Shown one piece after another: positions 27,191-41,510 of a stretch of 64,000 nt of DNA. The DNA is from Eledone cirrhosa (Eukaryota): the NCBI GenBank assembly GCA_964016885.1, contig OZ024757.1, positions 19,220,001 to 19,284,000 of the forward strand. The letters are read 5' to 3'. Numbering within the stretch: the first letter of the stretch is position 1; each line of letters opens with the position of its first letter. The position numbers and the translations under genes were made by a program. The notes under the pieces are model-generated. The model did not search any database, was not told the origin of the DNA, and saw nothing but the letters and a program-made list of their open reading frames with translations.

Positions 27191-27313
27191 ATCTATCTTC
27201 TGTGTGTGGTTCTGTGTAGTATGGTATGTCTTTTGTGTAGTTGCATATGTGTTCTGTCGTCTGTGTAGCTCTGTGTGTCTTGTGTTCTGTAGTCTGTATA
27301 GTTGTGTGTGTGT

Positions 27314-27392
<79 letters not shown>

Positions 27393-27857
27393 CTGTCCTA
27401 AATGTAGTTGTGTAGCTCTCTCTCTCTGTCGTCTGTGTAGTTGTGTAGCTCTCTCTCTGTCGTCTGTGTAGTTGTGGAGCTCTCTCTCTGTTCTGTCCTC
27501 TGTGTAGTTGTGTAGCTCTCTCTCTGTTCTGTCCTCTGTGTAGTTGTGTAGCTCTCTCTCTGTTCTGTCGTCTGTGTGTCAGTCGTCTCTATTCTATAGT
27601 ACTCTGTGTCTTCTATCCAAGCCCCCAATCATCTGTGGATGACATTTAGGTGACATCCTTAATTTTGTATTCATGTACCTTGTTTCAAAGTAAATACCAG
27701 CTTTAGATTACAACACCACTCTCTGGCTGGGTGAGAGAGATAGATACACAAACAGACAGAGACACATCTTTCTGTCAGCTAAATATAGATAGACAGTTAT
27801 ATATTGGTAGATAAATAGATATATACAGAGACAGAGAGACAGACAGACAGATAGATA

Positions 27858-28267
27858 AATTTCTTTATTAGCCACAAGGGCACAAAAGAAGAGGACAAAT
27901 ACAAATGGGGAGTTTACATACAGGTATATGAAAATAAAACTACTAATAAAATAACAAATGACAATTGAAATCCCCAATAGGGGGGGAGGCGTTACACAGG
28001 GGTTGTACACACCCCGAAAAAGAATGTACAACCCTCATCTCCAGGAGCACCAAGAGTGAGTACTCCCTTCCTCTATTCCTCTTTTTCCTCAACCTACAGG
28101 CTTATATAGAGAGAAGGCCCAACCACTCGGGCCATCTTTGCCACATTCACCCACAGACAGATAGATATGTTTCTTTATTAGCCACAGGGGCACAAATACA
28201 AAGGGGGAAGTTTACATACAATAAAATCTTGTAAAATATTATCACAAATGTAATTTAAAAATTAGTC

Positions 28268-28298
<31 letters not shown>

Positions 28299-28795
28299 CC
28301 CCAATAGGGGGAGACATTACATATGGGTAACACATACCCCCGAAAAAAAAATGTGCAACCCTCATCTCCAGGAGTACGAAGAGTTTGTACTCCTTTCCTC
28401 TCCTCCTCTTTTTCCTCAACCTACAGGCTGATATAGAGAGAAGGCCCATTCACGCGGGCCATTCTCGCCACTTTCACCCACCTTTCATAAAACTTGCTGG
28501 GGTACAGCACCTCTCTCTCCATCCTGATTCTTCTTCCAAAGTGGTATTTGAAAAAAAGAATCAGTTGTTGGCCGGAGAGATAGATAGATAAACAGATAGA
28601 CAGATAGATAACTTTCTTTTTATTTGCCACCAGGGCATCAAAGAGTGGTACAAGTACAATGGGGGGGGAGTTTACATAAAAAGGCGTCCTCACTAAGGAA
28701 GAGGCAATAACAAAATATAAAAATATAAAATATAAAATATAACAAAATCCTCAATAGGGAGGAGGCGCCGTGGTGGGGGTTCCCCCCCCCCCCCC
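27858..28795 (-). mobile_element. Three stacked 5'-truncated Tx1-like LINE 3' ends
   Basis: Copies near 27858-28152, 28170-28578 and 28612-28795, each starting tttctttatt(a/t)gccac-like and separated by (GATA/GACA)n. Confidence 0.8.
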
Positions 28796-29047
28796 GTTGT
28801 TAGATAGCTAGATAGCTAGACAGACAGATAGATAGATATATAGTGACAATGACAGGAGTCAGAGAGAGAGGCAAACCCTTCCCAGATAATCTTACTGTAA
28901 ACCTTTGTGTGGAGGGTATTTTTAACAAGAACAAAATTGACAATTTGACAAATCAAATAAAATTTATCAATAGAGGTGGGTAGTGTTTTAAATCCAATTT
29001 ATTTCTGCGACATGGAGGTTACCATTGCACAATAGAAACACTGTGTT

Positions 29048-29081
<34 letters not shown>

Positions 29082-31579
29082 CATATGCAAACACAAACAT
29101 ACACACACATATATATATATATATACTTCTATTGTTGTTGTTAGTAATCGTTCCAATAGATATATGTATATATACACACACTTACATATGTATAACATAT
29201 ATATGTGTATATATCTTCCACCCATCCCAACATAGACACACACGGACAGACAGACCACACACATACGCACACACACACACTCACACACAAACACACACAC
29301 ATTCTCTCCCTTTGTTTCCAAGATCTGCATCAGAAAATTTAATTTTTGCAATTCAAGAAAACACATATACACACACATATATACACACATATACATACAC
29401 ATATATACACACATATACACACACATACACACACACATATACACACATATATACACATATACACACACATATACACACATATATACACATATACACACGC
29501 ATATATACACGCACACATATACACACATACATTCACAAATACACACACACACTCATTTTGTCCCATTTTCTCCCCATAACACACTTACACACACACACAC
29601 ATACATACATACATAAATACATACACACACTCCTTTTGTCCCATTTTCTCCCCTTAACACACACTTACACATACTTACCAAAATACACCCCACCCCATCC
29701 ACACCACCCTCTTTCGATGTAAAGTTATGTTGGTACCACAACATCCAGTCCTAAATAAATGAGGTTGTGTAGGTGTCACTACAAAAAAAACATACAGTCC
29801 ACGCTGTAATGTGGCCGTGTAGGTAACACGGTAAAAACCTCCCAGTCCACACTGTAAACGTGGTTGGTGTTAGGAATGGCATCCAGCCGTAGAAAACCCG
29901 CCAGACAGTCCTATACGAGCGAGACAACCAATCTTGCCTCAAGTGGGAAAATTACCGTCCAAACCCATGCAAGCGTGGAAGATGGACGTTAAACGATGAT
30001 GATGATGATAATAAATACATACACACACTCCTTTTGTCCCATTTTCTCCCCTTAACACACTTACACATAGATAAATACATACACACACTCCTTTTGTCCC
30101 ATTTTCTCTCCTTAACACACTTACACATAGCTAAATACATACACACACTCCTTTTGTCCCATTTTCTCCCCTTAACACACTTACACACACACTTACACAT
30201 AGATAAATACATACACACACTCCTTTTGTCCCATGTTCTCAACTTAACACACTTACACACACACTTACACGTACATAAATACATACACACACTCCTTTTG
30301 TCCCATTTTCTCCCTTTAGCACACTTACACCAACACACACAAACTCTTTCTTGTTCTCCATAACATACACACCACCTCCACCACCCCCTGTCACTCACTC
30401 TCTCTTTTTCTCCTACTTAACATACACAAGATCTCACACACACACATACTCACATACACACATCTTTCTGTCTTACATACACACACATATACTGTCTTAC
30501 ACACTAACACACACATGCTCTCTCTCACACACATACAGTCATGCACACACACACACACACACGCAGACAGACCAACAAATGCTCTCTCTCTAACATATAC
30601 ACTCTCTGACATGCACACACTAACACACACACATGCTCTCTCTCTCTCTCTCTCACACAACACATACACTCTCTGATGCACACACTTTCACACATACACA
30701 CACATACACACTTTCACATATACACACTTTCACATATACGCACTTTCACATATACGCACTTTCACATATACACACTTTCACATACACACACATACACTTT
30801 CACATACACACTTTCACATATATACACACATACACACTTTCACACATACACACTTTCACATATACACACTTTCACATACACACTTACACACACATATACA
30901 CACTTTCACATACACACACATACACTTTCACACATACACACTTTCACATATACACACACATACACACTTTCACATATACACACACATACACACTTTCACA
31001 TACACACTTACACACACACATACACACTTTCACATAGACACAGACACACAGTTGTTTGTGTTGGCAAGGTTTACTGTCATACCATGTTATCAGCTGGAAT
31101 AAGCCCCAAGTTGTCTTCCCCTGCCTCTCTACTCAGTTGTATCAGGAAGGGTTGTGAGGGAGAGGGGCTGTGAAGGGGAGGGAGAGGGGTTGTGAGGGAG
31201 AGGGAGAGGGTTAAAGGAGCTACCAAATCCCCTTTTTCCTTTATCCACATTCATCTCAACATCAGCTGATTGTGACTCACCACCTCCACCATTGCCACTG
31301 TCTATACCACCACCACCTTGCCACCGCCACCACTCCCCACCACCATCCCCACCGCCATTGCCACCTCTAGCACCACCACCTCTACCACTCCCCACCACCA
31401 CCTATACTCCAACACACACCTATCTATACCATTCAGTGCATGAACAGTATATATATATATACTGTATATATATATATATATATATAAAAATGATATATAT
31501 ATATAGATAGATAGTTATTTATATATATATAAGGTTGTTTTTTTCCGGGTATGTCAATATTTATAAAACAAATTTGTAT

Positions 31580-31636
31580 TTTATCTGATGAAAGTACACC
31601 ATAATATGCCTTGGTTGCCCTTGAAATATATATAAT
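31580..31636 (+). ncRNA. Degenerate hammerhead motif
   Basis: CTGATGA at 31585, GAAA at 31623, flanks homologous to 62660-62790. Confidence 0.45.
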
Positions 31637-31721
31637 AAAATAAATATGGTTTTATAAATATAGTTTCCATTTATTAATATATTGTATATATATATATATA
31701 TATTAACTGTTGTGTATCCAC

Positions 31722-31759
<38 letters not shown>

Positions 31760-31778
31760 ATTTTAAATAAATGGAAAC

Positions 31779-32033
31779 TCATCATCATCATTTCATTTTA
31801 TGTCCGCTTTTTCCCTGCTTGCAAGGGTGGGACGGGAACTGATTCTGGCTTGATTTCTACAGCTGGATGCCCTTCCTAACACCAACCTCATTTACAGTGA
31901 GTGCTGGGTGCTTTTTTGCCGTGGCACCTCCACGACCACTTTGCAGTGGAATGACATGGACCCCAGTCCCTATCATCTCATTTCTACAGCTGAGTAAACT
32001 GGAGCAATGTGAAATAAAGTGTCTTGCTCAAGG
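31779..32033 (-). mobile_element. SINE family A, head missing
   Basis: Homology to 8160-8413. Confidence 0.85.
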
Positions 32034-32369
32034 ATATTTATAAAATCATATTTATTCTATTATATATATTTCAAGGGTACCAAAGTGTTTGGTACCCTTG
32101 AAATATATATAATAAAATAGATATGATTTTATAAATATAGTTTCCATTTATTTAATATCATTGAATATTATACTCCAGTTGTTTCGTTGCTACGGACACC
32201 GAGGCTGAATTACCGGTCGCTATCTTCAATTTGCAAAGCCCTTTAAACTGTATGTTATTACTCTAAGGTCCTATACCTTATTGAGTGCTTGGCTGCACTT
32301 CTGAATGCATTCGTCGGCTTAGCTGCGGCTCGAGCTTCGACTATGCTGTACTTCCATTTGTATAAATAA

Positions 32370-32855
<486 letters not shown>

Positions 32856-32884
32856 AAATGAAAAATGAAAAAAAATATATCATT

Positions 32885-33666
32885 TTTAATACAATAACAG
32901 AGAAAGCTTTAAGCTAAACTCTGACTGGTAACCATCTCACTCAACAAACATTAGGATATACGTTAGTATAATCCCAATTTTGTGTTTGGGGTGCTAACTA
33001 TATGTATTTTGTGGAGAGCCATATCTCTCTTTCCAAACAATTGTTTCATTATAAGTTTTCTACAAGTTGGGAGAATGTTTCCGGTTTATGTAGAAGCCTA
33101 CATATTTTTCTGTAAGAACATATGCAGGTGGGCACTTATAAATCATCAGTGGATGCCCATTAAACTTTGATATAAGAAAAAATTTCTTACCGCAGTTATT
33201 TTTCGTGTCCGCTAAGTCATCCCCTCACGCATCAAATGACCGCCAAATTTGAAATTCCAGCAGTCTTTAGACTGAGGAATATCATAGCGTCACGAAGCGG
33301 AAAAGGGAGGCAATCGCGAATGACAAGAAAGTAAAATAATATACACGTGGGTTAATTAGTTTTTTCAAAAACAACATCAATCCTGCGTGTTAAGAACTCA
33401 ATTAATTTTAAAAAAATAAATGTATGCATGTATTAATTACACACGCATATAAATATTTTCTTAGGCTAAAAACAGAGAAGTGATACCTAAATAACAAACA
33501 ATATCTCATAACAGTAATAAATACGGAAAGTTACGTTTAAAAGGTATCTGGAAATAAAATTCTCTGGCCAAATCAAGAGTAAAATATTTAATACAATAAC
33601 AGAGAAAGCTTTAAGCTAAACTCTGATTGGTAACCATCTCACTCAACAAACATTAGGATATACGTT
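32885..33666 (-). mobile_element. Partial-tandem non-coding element (702-bp period) carrying a hammerhead at 33032-33153
   Basis: 80-bp direct repeats 32885-32964 and 33587-33666; tcca CTGATGA tttataagt...acttataat GAAA caattg TT tgga. Confidence 0.75.
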
Positions 33667-34059
33667 CTGCTGTCGGAGTCATACTTGTTCCTATTACCCA
33701 CTCTACTACCCTAAGTATTGAGTATTTTGGTGCGTTATGGTCCATCTGGTTCCTTACCACATTTCCTTCGTTATATATATATATATATATACATACACAG
33801 TTCAAGAGTAACCAATCTGAAAGAGAGAGATGGAGATAGTAGAGGAGAGATTGGTGAGTTAGTTAGAAGCCAAAGCGTAAAGGCATGTGCTCAATGTGCA
33901 ATATGCAGTAGAAAGCAGCTAGGTGGCTGGGTTCATGCAGAAGTTAGGTGCGCAGAGCTGGAAATATTCATTAGTTAAGCAACTGAACCAGATCAATTAT
34001 GATATATAGTCATCTGATCCAGAAATATTATATGGAGTAGCGAAACAATTGTAAACGGA

Positions 34060-34096
<37 letters not shown>

Positions 34097-34392
34097 GGCA
34101 GTATCGGTAGAGGGTCGGACGCCATGCTTTGACGCATAGAGTTACAGCCCTTGTCATTCTGAGTTCAAATCCCACTGAGGTTAACTTTGCCTTTCATCCT
34201 TACGGAGTCGATAAAGTAAAGTACCAGTAATGAACTGGGTAATTGCTGGCCTTGTGCCAAAAGTAGAAATAATTATTATTATTATTATTATTATTATTCT
34301 CTACATTCCTTACATCAAACTAAAATATGTTGACAATCTTTTAATAATGTCTTCCTTGTGAAATTTGTGGTCTTGTTTTGCTTAACTTATGA

Positions 34393-34424
<32 letters not shown>

Positions 34425-34635
34425 GGGTCTCCCTCTGTGTATATAGATAGATATATAGATAGATAGATAGATAGATTGATATTCTTTATTCATTTCACTA
34501 GTTTCAGCCAATTTGGTACAATTTCACTGGCTTTAGTCTGTTACGGTTCAATCAAATCTGACATCTGTGGAAATCATTAAACCAAAACAAAAAATTCCTA
34601 ATCCATATGGGTGTAGGGAATGTTATGTATGTATG

Positions 34636-34668
<33 letters not shown>

Positions 34669-35770
34669 ACATATGTATGTGTGTGTATGTACATATGTGT
34701 GTATGTATGTGTGTTTCTATTTCTCTTAATTTTGAGTACATTTTTGACCGGCCACCTTCCTGGTGGCAAGGTTGTAAAAGAAAAGAAACTGTCATCCCTT
34801 GAATCGCAAGAATGTTTTGCAAATTTTTAAGGTGCCAGCTATCGCAGCCATTTGTAGTCTATGAATTAGGGAGCTGCGTTCTTTATCCACAAATGCAAGT
34901 TCAGTTATACTTTGGCCCAAGGGGGTTCATATATAACCAGTAGCTCCAATAATTGTTTCTACTTTTGGCACAAGGCCAGCAATTACCCAGTACATTACTG
35001 GTACTTTATTTTATCGACCCCGTAAGGATGAAAAGCAAAGTTAACCTCGGCGAGATTTGAACTCAGATCATAAAGGGATGTAACTCTATGCTTCAAAGCA
35101 TGGCGTCTGACTCTCTACCGATACTGCCAATCCACCGTATATAATATATGATAATGAAAATTATTGTGTACATCTATGTATGTGTGTATCTGTTTGTCTG
35201 TATGTATATTATGAATGTATATTACGCATGTATGTATGTGTATATATATATATATATCAGAGTTTTCTGCCTAGAATTCTGCCTAGAATTCTTGCTAAGG
35301 GGTCATCTCTCCCGGTGATTTTGGATGGCCATCGACTCTTAAGAGCTGCTTTGCCCTTTGGTAAATATCATCTTGGTTAAGAGAGTGGGACTGGCTTTGT
35401 GCAGTGCCTTTGCTCACTATAAAAGCTTCACGGCACAGGCATTGCTTTATATCTGGAGATCTCTCTGCACTTGTCGTCACATGGAACCATGGGCCCAGCA
35501 CTATGTGTCAATAATTGTCACAAGTGTAGTGTTTGTACCAGAGTTTTCAAGTCGCTGGCTGGACTAAAAAGTCACACTTGTTCAGCGCATCGGTAGGGGT
35601 TCTCCTACATGGATGTAAAGTAGTGGCCGTACTCGAAAACGAGTTGGCAGCCACCATGTATCATATAATATAATTTGTTTTTAATATATATATATCTGTG
35701 TGTACATTTATGAATGTGTGTATATATATATATATGTATGTACAGATATCAATGTGTATATATATATATG

Positions 35771-35820
<50 letters not shown>

Positions 35821-36035
35821 TAATATGTCTAAGGGTAGAAGGTACCCCCGGAAATACATAGGTTGTCTATGATTCAAGGTGGTTCTATGGTAATAATTTG
35901 ATATACCAGAACTTAATATCAAAATAAGCAGAACAAGTAATATTCAACCAATTTTTCAAAATAAATCAAAATTAATTTAAAATTAAAATTAATCAAAATT
36001 AAAAAATGTAATATAAATATTTACCTATTCAAATG

Positions 36036-36116
36036 GCCCTTACTGTACAGTTTCACTTTGCAAAACATTAGATATCACATGGATATTAATGGAAAAGCAA
36101 AGATCATCAGAGAAGC
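36036..36116 (-). ncRNA. Type-I hammerhead ribozyme
   Basis: ttct CTGATGA tctttgc...gcaaagt GAAA ctgtacag TA aggg; 8-nt palindromic stem III, GUA site; partially duplicated at 36480-36585. Confidence 0.75.
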
Positions 36117-37795
36117 ATTTTCCTTTCCTAGGGTTAAAAAACCCCAGGAACGATAAAATATATGACCTCTTAGCCCCAGCTAACACAGGCCTGAAAGGTC
36201 GTAAAAGTGACCCGTATGTACGCCGGTGTGAAGTGAAGGCGGGAAATCACAGACTTGTTGTCTATAGTAAATTTAAATTTGTGTTTCATATATACATATA
36301 TATATAACCTGATTAGTTCTTTCGTTACTTTGGTATTGTATGGTTGGGTTTTGCCTACCGCAATTTTCAATTTGTCAAGCTATTTAAACGTATGTTATTA
36401 CTCTAAGGACCTAACCTTATTGAGTGCTTTGCTACTCATTCCTTAATATCAAAACATTAGATATCACATTCCTTAATATCAAAACATTAGATATCACATG
36501 GATATTAATGGAAAAACAAAGATCATCAGAGAAGCATTTTCCTTTCCTAGGGTTAAAAAAACCTCAGGAACGATAAAATATTTAAACATATGTTATTACT
36601 CTAAGGACCTAACCTTATTGAGTGCTTTGCTACTCATTCCTTATTGTAGGTCGATTTTGCTTGGCCACAACCAAAGCTTCGATTTTACTAAGCTTCCACT
36701 TGTATATATTTTTTTTTACGCTTGTTGAATCCCAACAAATTAAATATAACCTCTGCATATATATAAATATATATATATATATATTTATAACAAAACCCAA
36801 TTTTTAATCTTTAACTTGACTTGTTGAGCATGAGTGAGTGAGGCCACAGGTTAGTGTGGGTGGGTTTAGGTTCTGTGGCTGGGCTGGGTGGGTTTAGCTT
36901 CTGTGGCTGGGCTGGGAGGGTTTAGTTTCTGTGGGTGATCCATTAGTGTCCCCAGTCAGTGAGTTTAACAGAGCAGAAACAGTCATGGTTGAGCAAATAT
37001 TGGTCTCTGGTGATGTTGATTGTGGTGGTAGACAGGTGAAGATACAGTTTTGGGTGTGTTGCTGTGGTGGGGTGGTAGTGGTGTTGTTGCTATGGTGGGG
37101 GTGGGGGTGTTGTGGTGCTGGTAGTGGTGTTTGTGGTGGGGGTGGTAGTGGTGGTGTTGCTGTAGTGGGGGTGGTAGTGGTGTTGTTGCTATGGTGGGGG
37201 TGTTGTGGTGGTCGTAGTGGTAGTGGTGTTTGTGGTGTTGCTGTAGTGGTGGTGTGGTGGTGGTGATATTGGATGGCTGGATGATAGATAGTTTGCCCCT
37301 TCTTCTCTAATGTCCATCTATCTGTCCAGAATGTATGTATGTGGTGTGGCAGTGCAATTGTATATATGTGTGTGTGTGTGGTGTGGCCATGCAATTGTAT
37401 ATATGTGTGTGTGTATGTGGTGTGGCAGTGCAATTGTATATATGTGTGTGTGTGTGGTGTGGCAGTGCAATTGTATATATGTGTGTGTATGTGGTGTGGC
37501 AGTGCAATTGTATATATATGTGTGTGTATGTGGTGTGGCAGTGCAATTGTATATATGTGTGTGTGTATGTGGTGTGGCAGTGCAATTGTATGTGTGTGTG
37601 TGTGTGTGTAATTACAGTGTTCTGATCATTTTTATGCACCATTTAGTGTGGGTCTTCTGGCCCGGGGTGGGAGGTGGGGTGTCAGATTAATACACCACCC
37701 CCACCCCACGCACACAGCTCCTGCTGAAAGGGGTGAACTGAATGAGGTCATCCTCTGGGTCACAACCACACCATTGCCAATCCAATTCTTCACAA

Positions 37796-37829
<34 letters not shown>

Positions 37830-37831
<2 letters not shown>

Positions 37832-38163
37832 TCATTCATCATCATCATCATTTTACGTCCGCTTCTCCCTGCTTGCAAGGGTGGGACGGGAACTTATTCT
37901 GGGTTGATTTCTACAGCTGGATGCCCTTCCTAACACCAACCTCATTTACAGTGAGAGCTGGGTGCTTTTTTGCCGTGGCACCTCCACGACCACTTTGCAG
38001 TGGAATGATAGGGACCCCATCTTATTTCTACAGCTGAGTAAACTGGAGCAATGTGAAATAAAGTGTCTTGCTCAAGGAAACAACACATCACCCGGGCTGA
38101 GAATTGAACTCACAACCTTTTGATTGCAAGGCCAATGCTCTAACCACTAAGCCATGTGCCTCC
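37830..38163 (-). mobile_element. SINE family A
   Basis: Reverse complement of 32530-32855. Confidence 0.9.
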
Positions 38164-38196
<33 letters not shown>

Positions 38197-38702
38197 TGTA
38201 TGTATGTATGTATGTATGTATGTATGTATGTATGTATGTATATATGTATATGTATGTATATGTATATATGTATATATATATATATGTATATGTATGTATA
38301 TGTATATATGTATATATATATATATGTATGTATATGTATATATGTATATGTATATGTATATATGTATATATATATATATGTATGTATATGTATATATGTA
38401 TATGTATATATATATATGTATATGTATATATATATATGTATGTATATATATATATGTATATATATATATGTATATGTATATGTATATATATATATGTATG
38501 TATATGTATATATATATATGTATATATATGTATATATATATATGTATATGTATATATATATATGTATATGTATATATATATGTATATGTATATATATATG
38601 TATATGTATATATATGTATATATATATGTATATGTATATATATATGTATATGTATATATATATATATGTATATGTATATATATATGTAGAAATATGTATA
38701 TG

Positions 38703-38753
<51 letters not shown>

Positions 38754-39233
38754 GTATATATATATGTATATATATATGTATATATATATATGTATATATA
38801 TATATGTATATATATATATGTATATATATATATGTATATATATATGTATATATATATATGTATACATATATGTATATATATATATGTATATATGTATATG
38901 TGTATATGTATATATGTATATATATATGTATATGTATATATATATGTATATATATATATGTATATATATATATGTATATGTATATATATATATGTATATA
39001 TATATGTATATATATATATGTATATGTATATATATATATGTATATATATATGTATATGTATGTATATATGTATATATATATGTATATATATATGTATATA
39101 TATATATGTATATATATATATGTATATATGTATATATGTATATGTATGTATATATGTATATATGTATATGTATGTATATATGTATATGTATAAGTATATA
39201 TATATATATATATATATAAGTATATATATATAT

Positions 39234-39266
<33 letters not shown>

Positions 39267-39289
39267 AATATATATGTATATATATATAT
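38164..39289. repeat. (TATG)n/(TA)n microsatellite
   Basis: Direct reading. Confidence 0.95.
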
Positions 39290-39828
39290 CTGTCGCGGGT
39301 GGGAACAATCCGGTTGACCACCGAGTCCATTGTCATGATCAAACCGCCACCCTCCTTCAAAAACGAAGGAGAGGCGGTTTTCCTTTGTGTGATAGCTATA
39401 GCGAAAGAGGTTGAAAGGGCTGAGGGCAGACACCTTTCTCTCCGGCCAACAACTGATTCTTTTTTTCAAATACCACTTTGGAAGAAGAATCAGGATGGAG
39501 AGAGAGGTGCTGTACCCCAGCAAATTTTATGAAAGGTGGGTGAAAGTGGCAAAGATGGCCCAAGAGGTTGGGCCTTCTCTCTATATCAGGTTGAGGGAAA
39601 AGAGGAGGAGAGGAAAGGGGGTACTCACTCTTCGTACTCCTGGAGATGAGGGCTGCACATTTTTTCGGAGGTATGTGTTACCCATATGTAATGTCTAACC
39701 CCTATTGGGGAAAATCGATTAATTTTAAATTGCATTTGTGATATTTTACACGTTTTTATTTTGTGTAAACTTCCCCCTTTGTATTTGTCCCCTTCTTTTG
39801 TGCCCCTGTGGCTAATAAAGAAACATAT
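39290..39828 (+). mobile_element. Tx1-like LINE 3' fragment
   Basis: [22 protein letters not shown]...[22 protein letters not shown], with an internal deletion; ends gctaataaagaaac. Confidence 0.8.
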
Positions 39829-40299
39829 CTATATATATCATGGTGATGATGATGAAAGCATATACATTATGCTTATGTACAATAAATAAGTCCCACTGAG
39901 GGTATTCTATGATAATGTCACACTGTGTTTGTACTATTGCTAATATATATATATATATATATTTATGTATATATATATATATATATCCAACTCCATTTCT
40001 CCTAAACTGGATTTCACATTTTAAAAATATATTGTACCATTCTTCCATCTCACGAATATTAATTACTCGCAAGGACTGAGGTGTGGGGGTAAAAATGACA
40101 ACCATGGTGATGAGGAGTGGCAGCATGTTTGGTTGGGGAAGGAGTGTGAGAAATGAAATGGAAGATTCCTTTTGAAACATTGGGACTGTCTTAGAAATAT
40201 TTTAAATGTATTAAATTTATATCTGTACACATACAATACAATTTCACTGAGGCTGTTTTCTATAAATGTGTATATAAATATACAGTATTTCCCGGCGCC

Positions 40300-40729
40300 A
40301 AACAATTCTCTCACCTCTTTCTGTTCAAACTGGTCATATCCGGATACGGCTGGCTTGAACAGAAAGAGGTGAGAGAATTCTGGCCGGATATAGCTAGTTT
40401 GAACAGAAAGAGGTGAGAGAATTCTGGCTGGATATGGCTAGTTTGAACAGAAAGAGGTGAGAGAATTCTGGCTGGATATGGCCGGTTTGAACAGAAAGAG
40501 GTGAGAGAATTCTGGCTGGATATGGCTAGTTTGAGCAGAAAGAGGTGAGAAAATTCTGACTAGATACAGCCAGTTTGAACAGAAAGAGGTGAGAGAATTC
40601 TGGCCAGTTACGGCCGGTTTGAACAGAAAGAGGTGAGAGAATTCTGGCCAGTTACGGCCGGTTTGAACAGAAAGAGGTGAGATAATTCTGGCCAGTTAAG
40701 GCCGGTTTGAACAGAAAGAGAGGGTTAAG
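40300..40729. repeat. 44-bp tandem repeat (~9 units plus one inverted unit) from a piggyBac-like MITE subterminus
   Basis: gaacagaaagaggtgagagaattctgg at 40357, 40401, 40445 and onward; ends gggTTAA; the unit also occurs in the MITEs at 51567 and 58951. Confidence 0.75.
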
Positions 40730-40994
40730 AAAACATCTTAGTTTAAATAATTTGAAATTACAAATTGCAAGTACGGTAAAGAAGTTGTGTGAGTTGGGAT
40801 GGGATGGGATGGGCATGCCTGGGTTGGCTGAAAGTAGAAACAAAAAAGCTTTGGCACCAGGATTGCCATATTATAAATACGTCAATATTTGGCTTTGCAT
40901 TCTCTGCAAATATTGTAGAATTAATTCTCCAGATGTCGCGTCTCTAGAAAATGTTATGAAATCTTTACAGCTTTCTCTCTCTATCTATCTCCCC

Positions 40995-41070
<76 letters not shown>

Positions 41071-41274
41071 TCTATCTCCCTCTCCTCCCCCCTCTCTTTA
41101 TGTTCCTTCTCTCTCCCTCTTTCACCATTTCTGTTTCCCTTCCTCTAGCTCTCTCTCTCTCTCTCTCTCCATCTCACTCTTTGTTTTAGTTGGTTTCAGT
41201 CATTTGGCAGTGGCCATGCTGGAGCACTACCTCAATTTTGTTGATTACATTGGAAAATGAACAATGTATGAGCC

Positions 41275-41510
41275 ATGATGTAATAAAAATTATTGTTTAC
41301 AGTGCTCAGGTGCACTACAACTTATCAAAGGTGCATGTATAGTACCATAAAATAATGTACAAATGTCAGGAAAGTGATCAGTGTATGAGTCATGATATAC
41401 ATACAGGCACATGCGTGTGTGTATATGGAGGGGGAATATCAGGTGTAGTGTTGGCAAATTTCGGGAAGTTTTGAATGATGCAATGTCCCGACAGCTAACA
41501 ACTGATGCAT
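41275..41510 (-). mobile_element. CR1/L2-like LINE 3' end
   Basis: Minus strand encodes ASVVSCRDIASFKTS, followed by a 3' UTR repeated at 13475-13545 and 41820-41885. Confidence 0.55.

Noticed and set aside
31129-31401. Gly-rich ORF with a KRGFGSS motif reminiscent of a dUTPase C-terminus
   Set aside because: No other dUTPase motifs, and the surrounding sequence is low complexity
37687-37800. Peptide CEELDWQWCGCDPEDDLIQF as a minus-strand exon
   Set aside because: No recognisable homology, and the acceptor sits in a TA run without a pyrimidine tract
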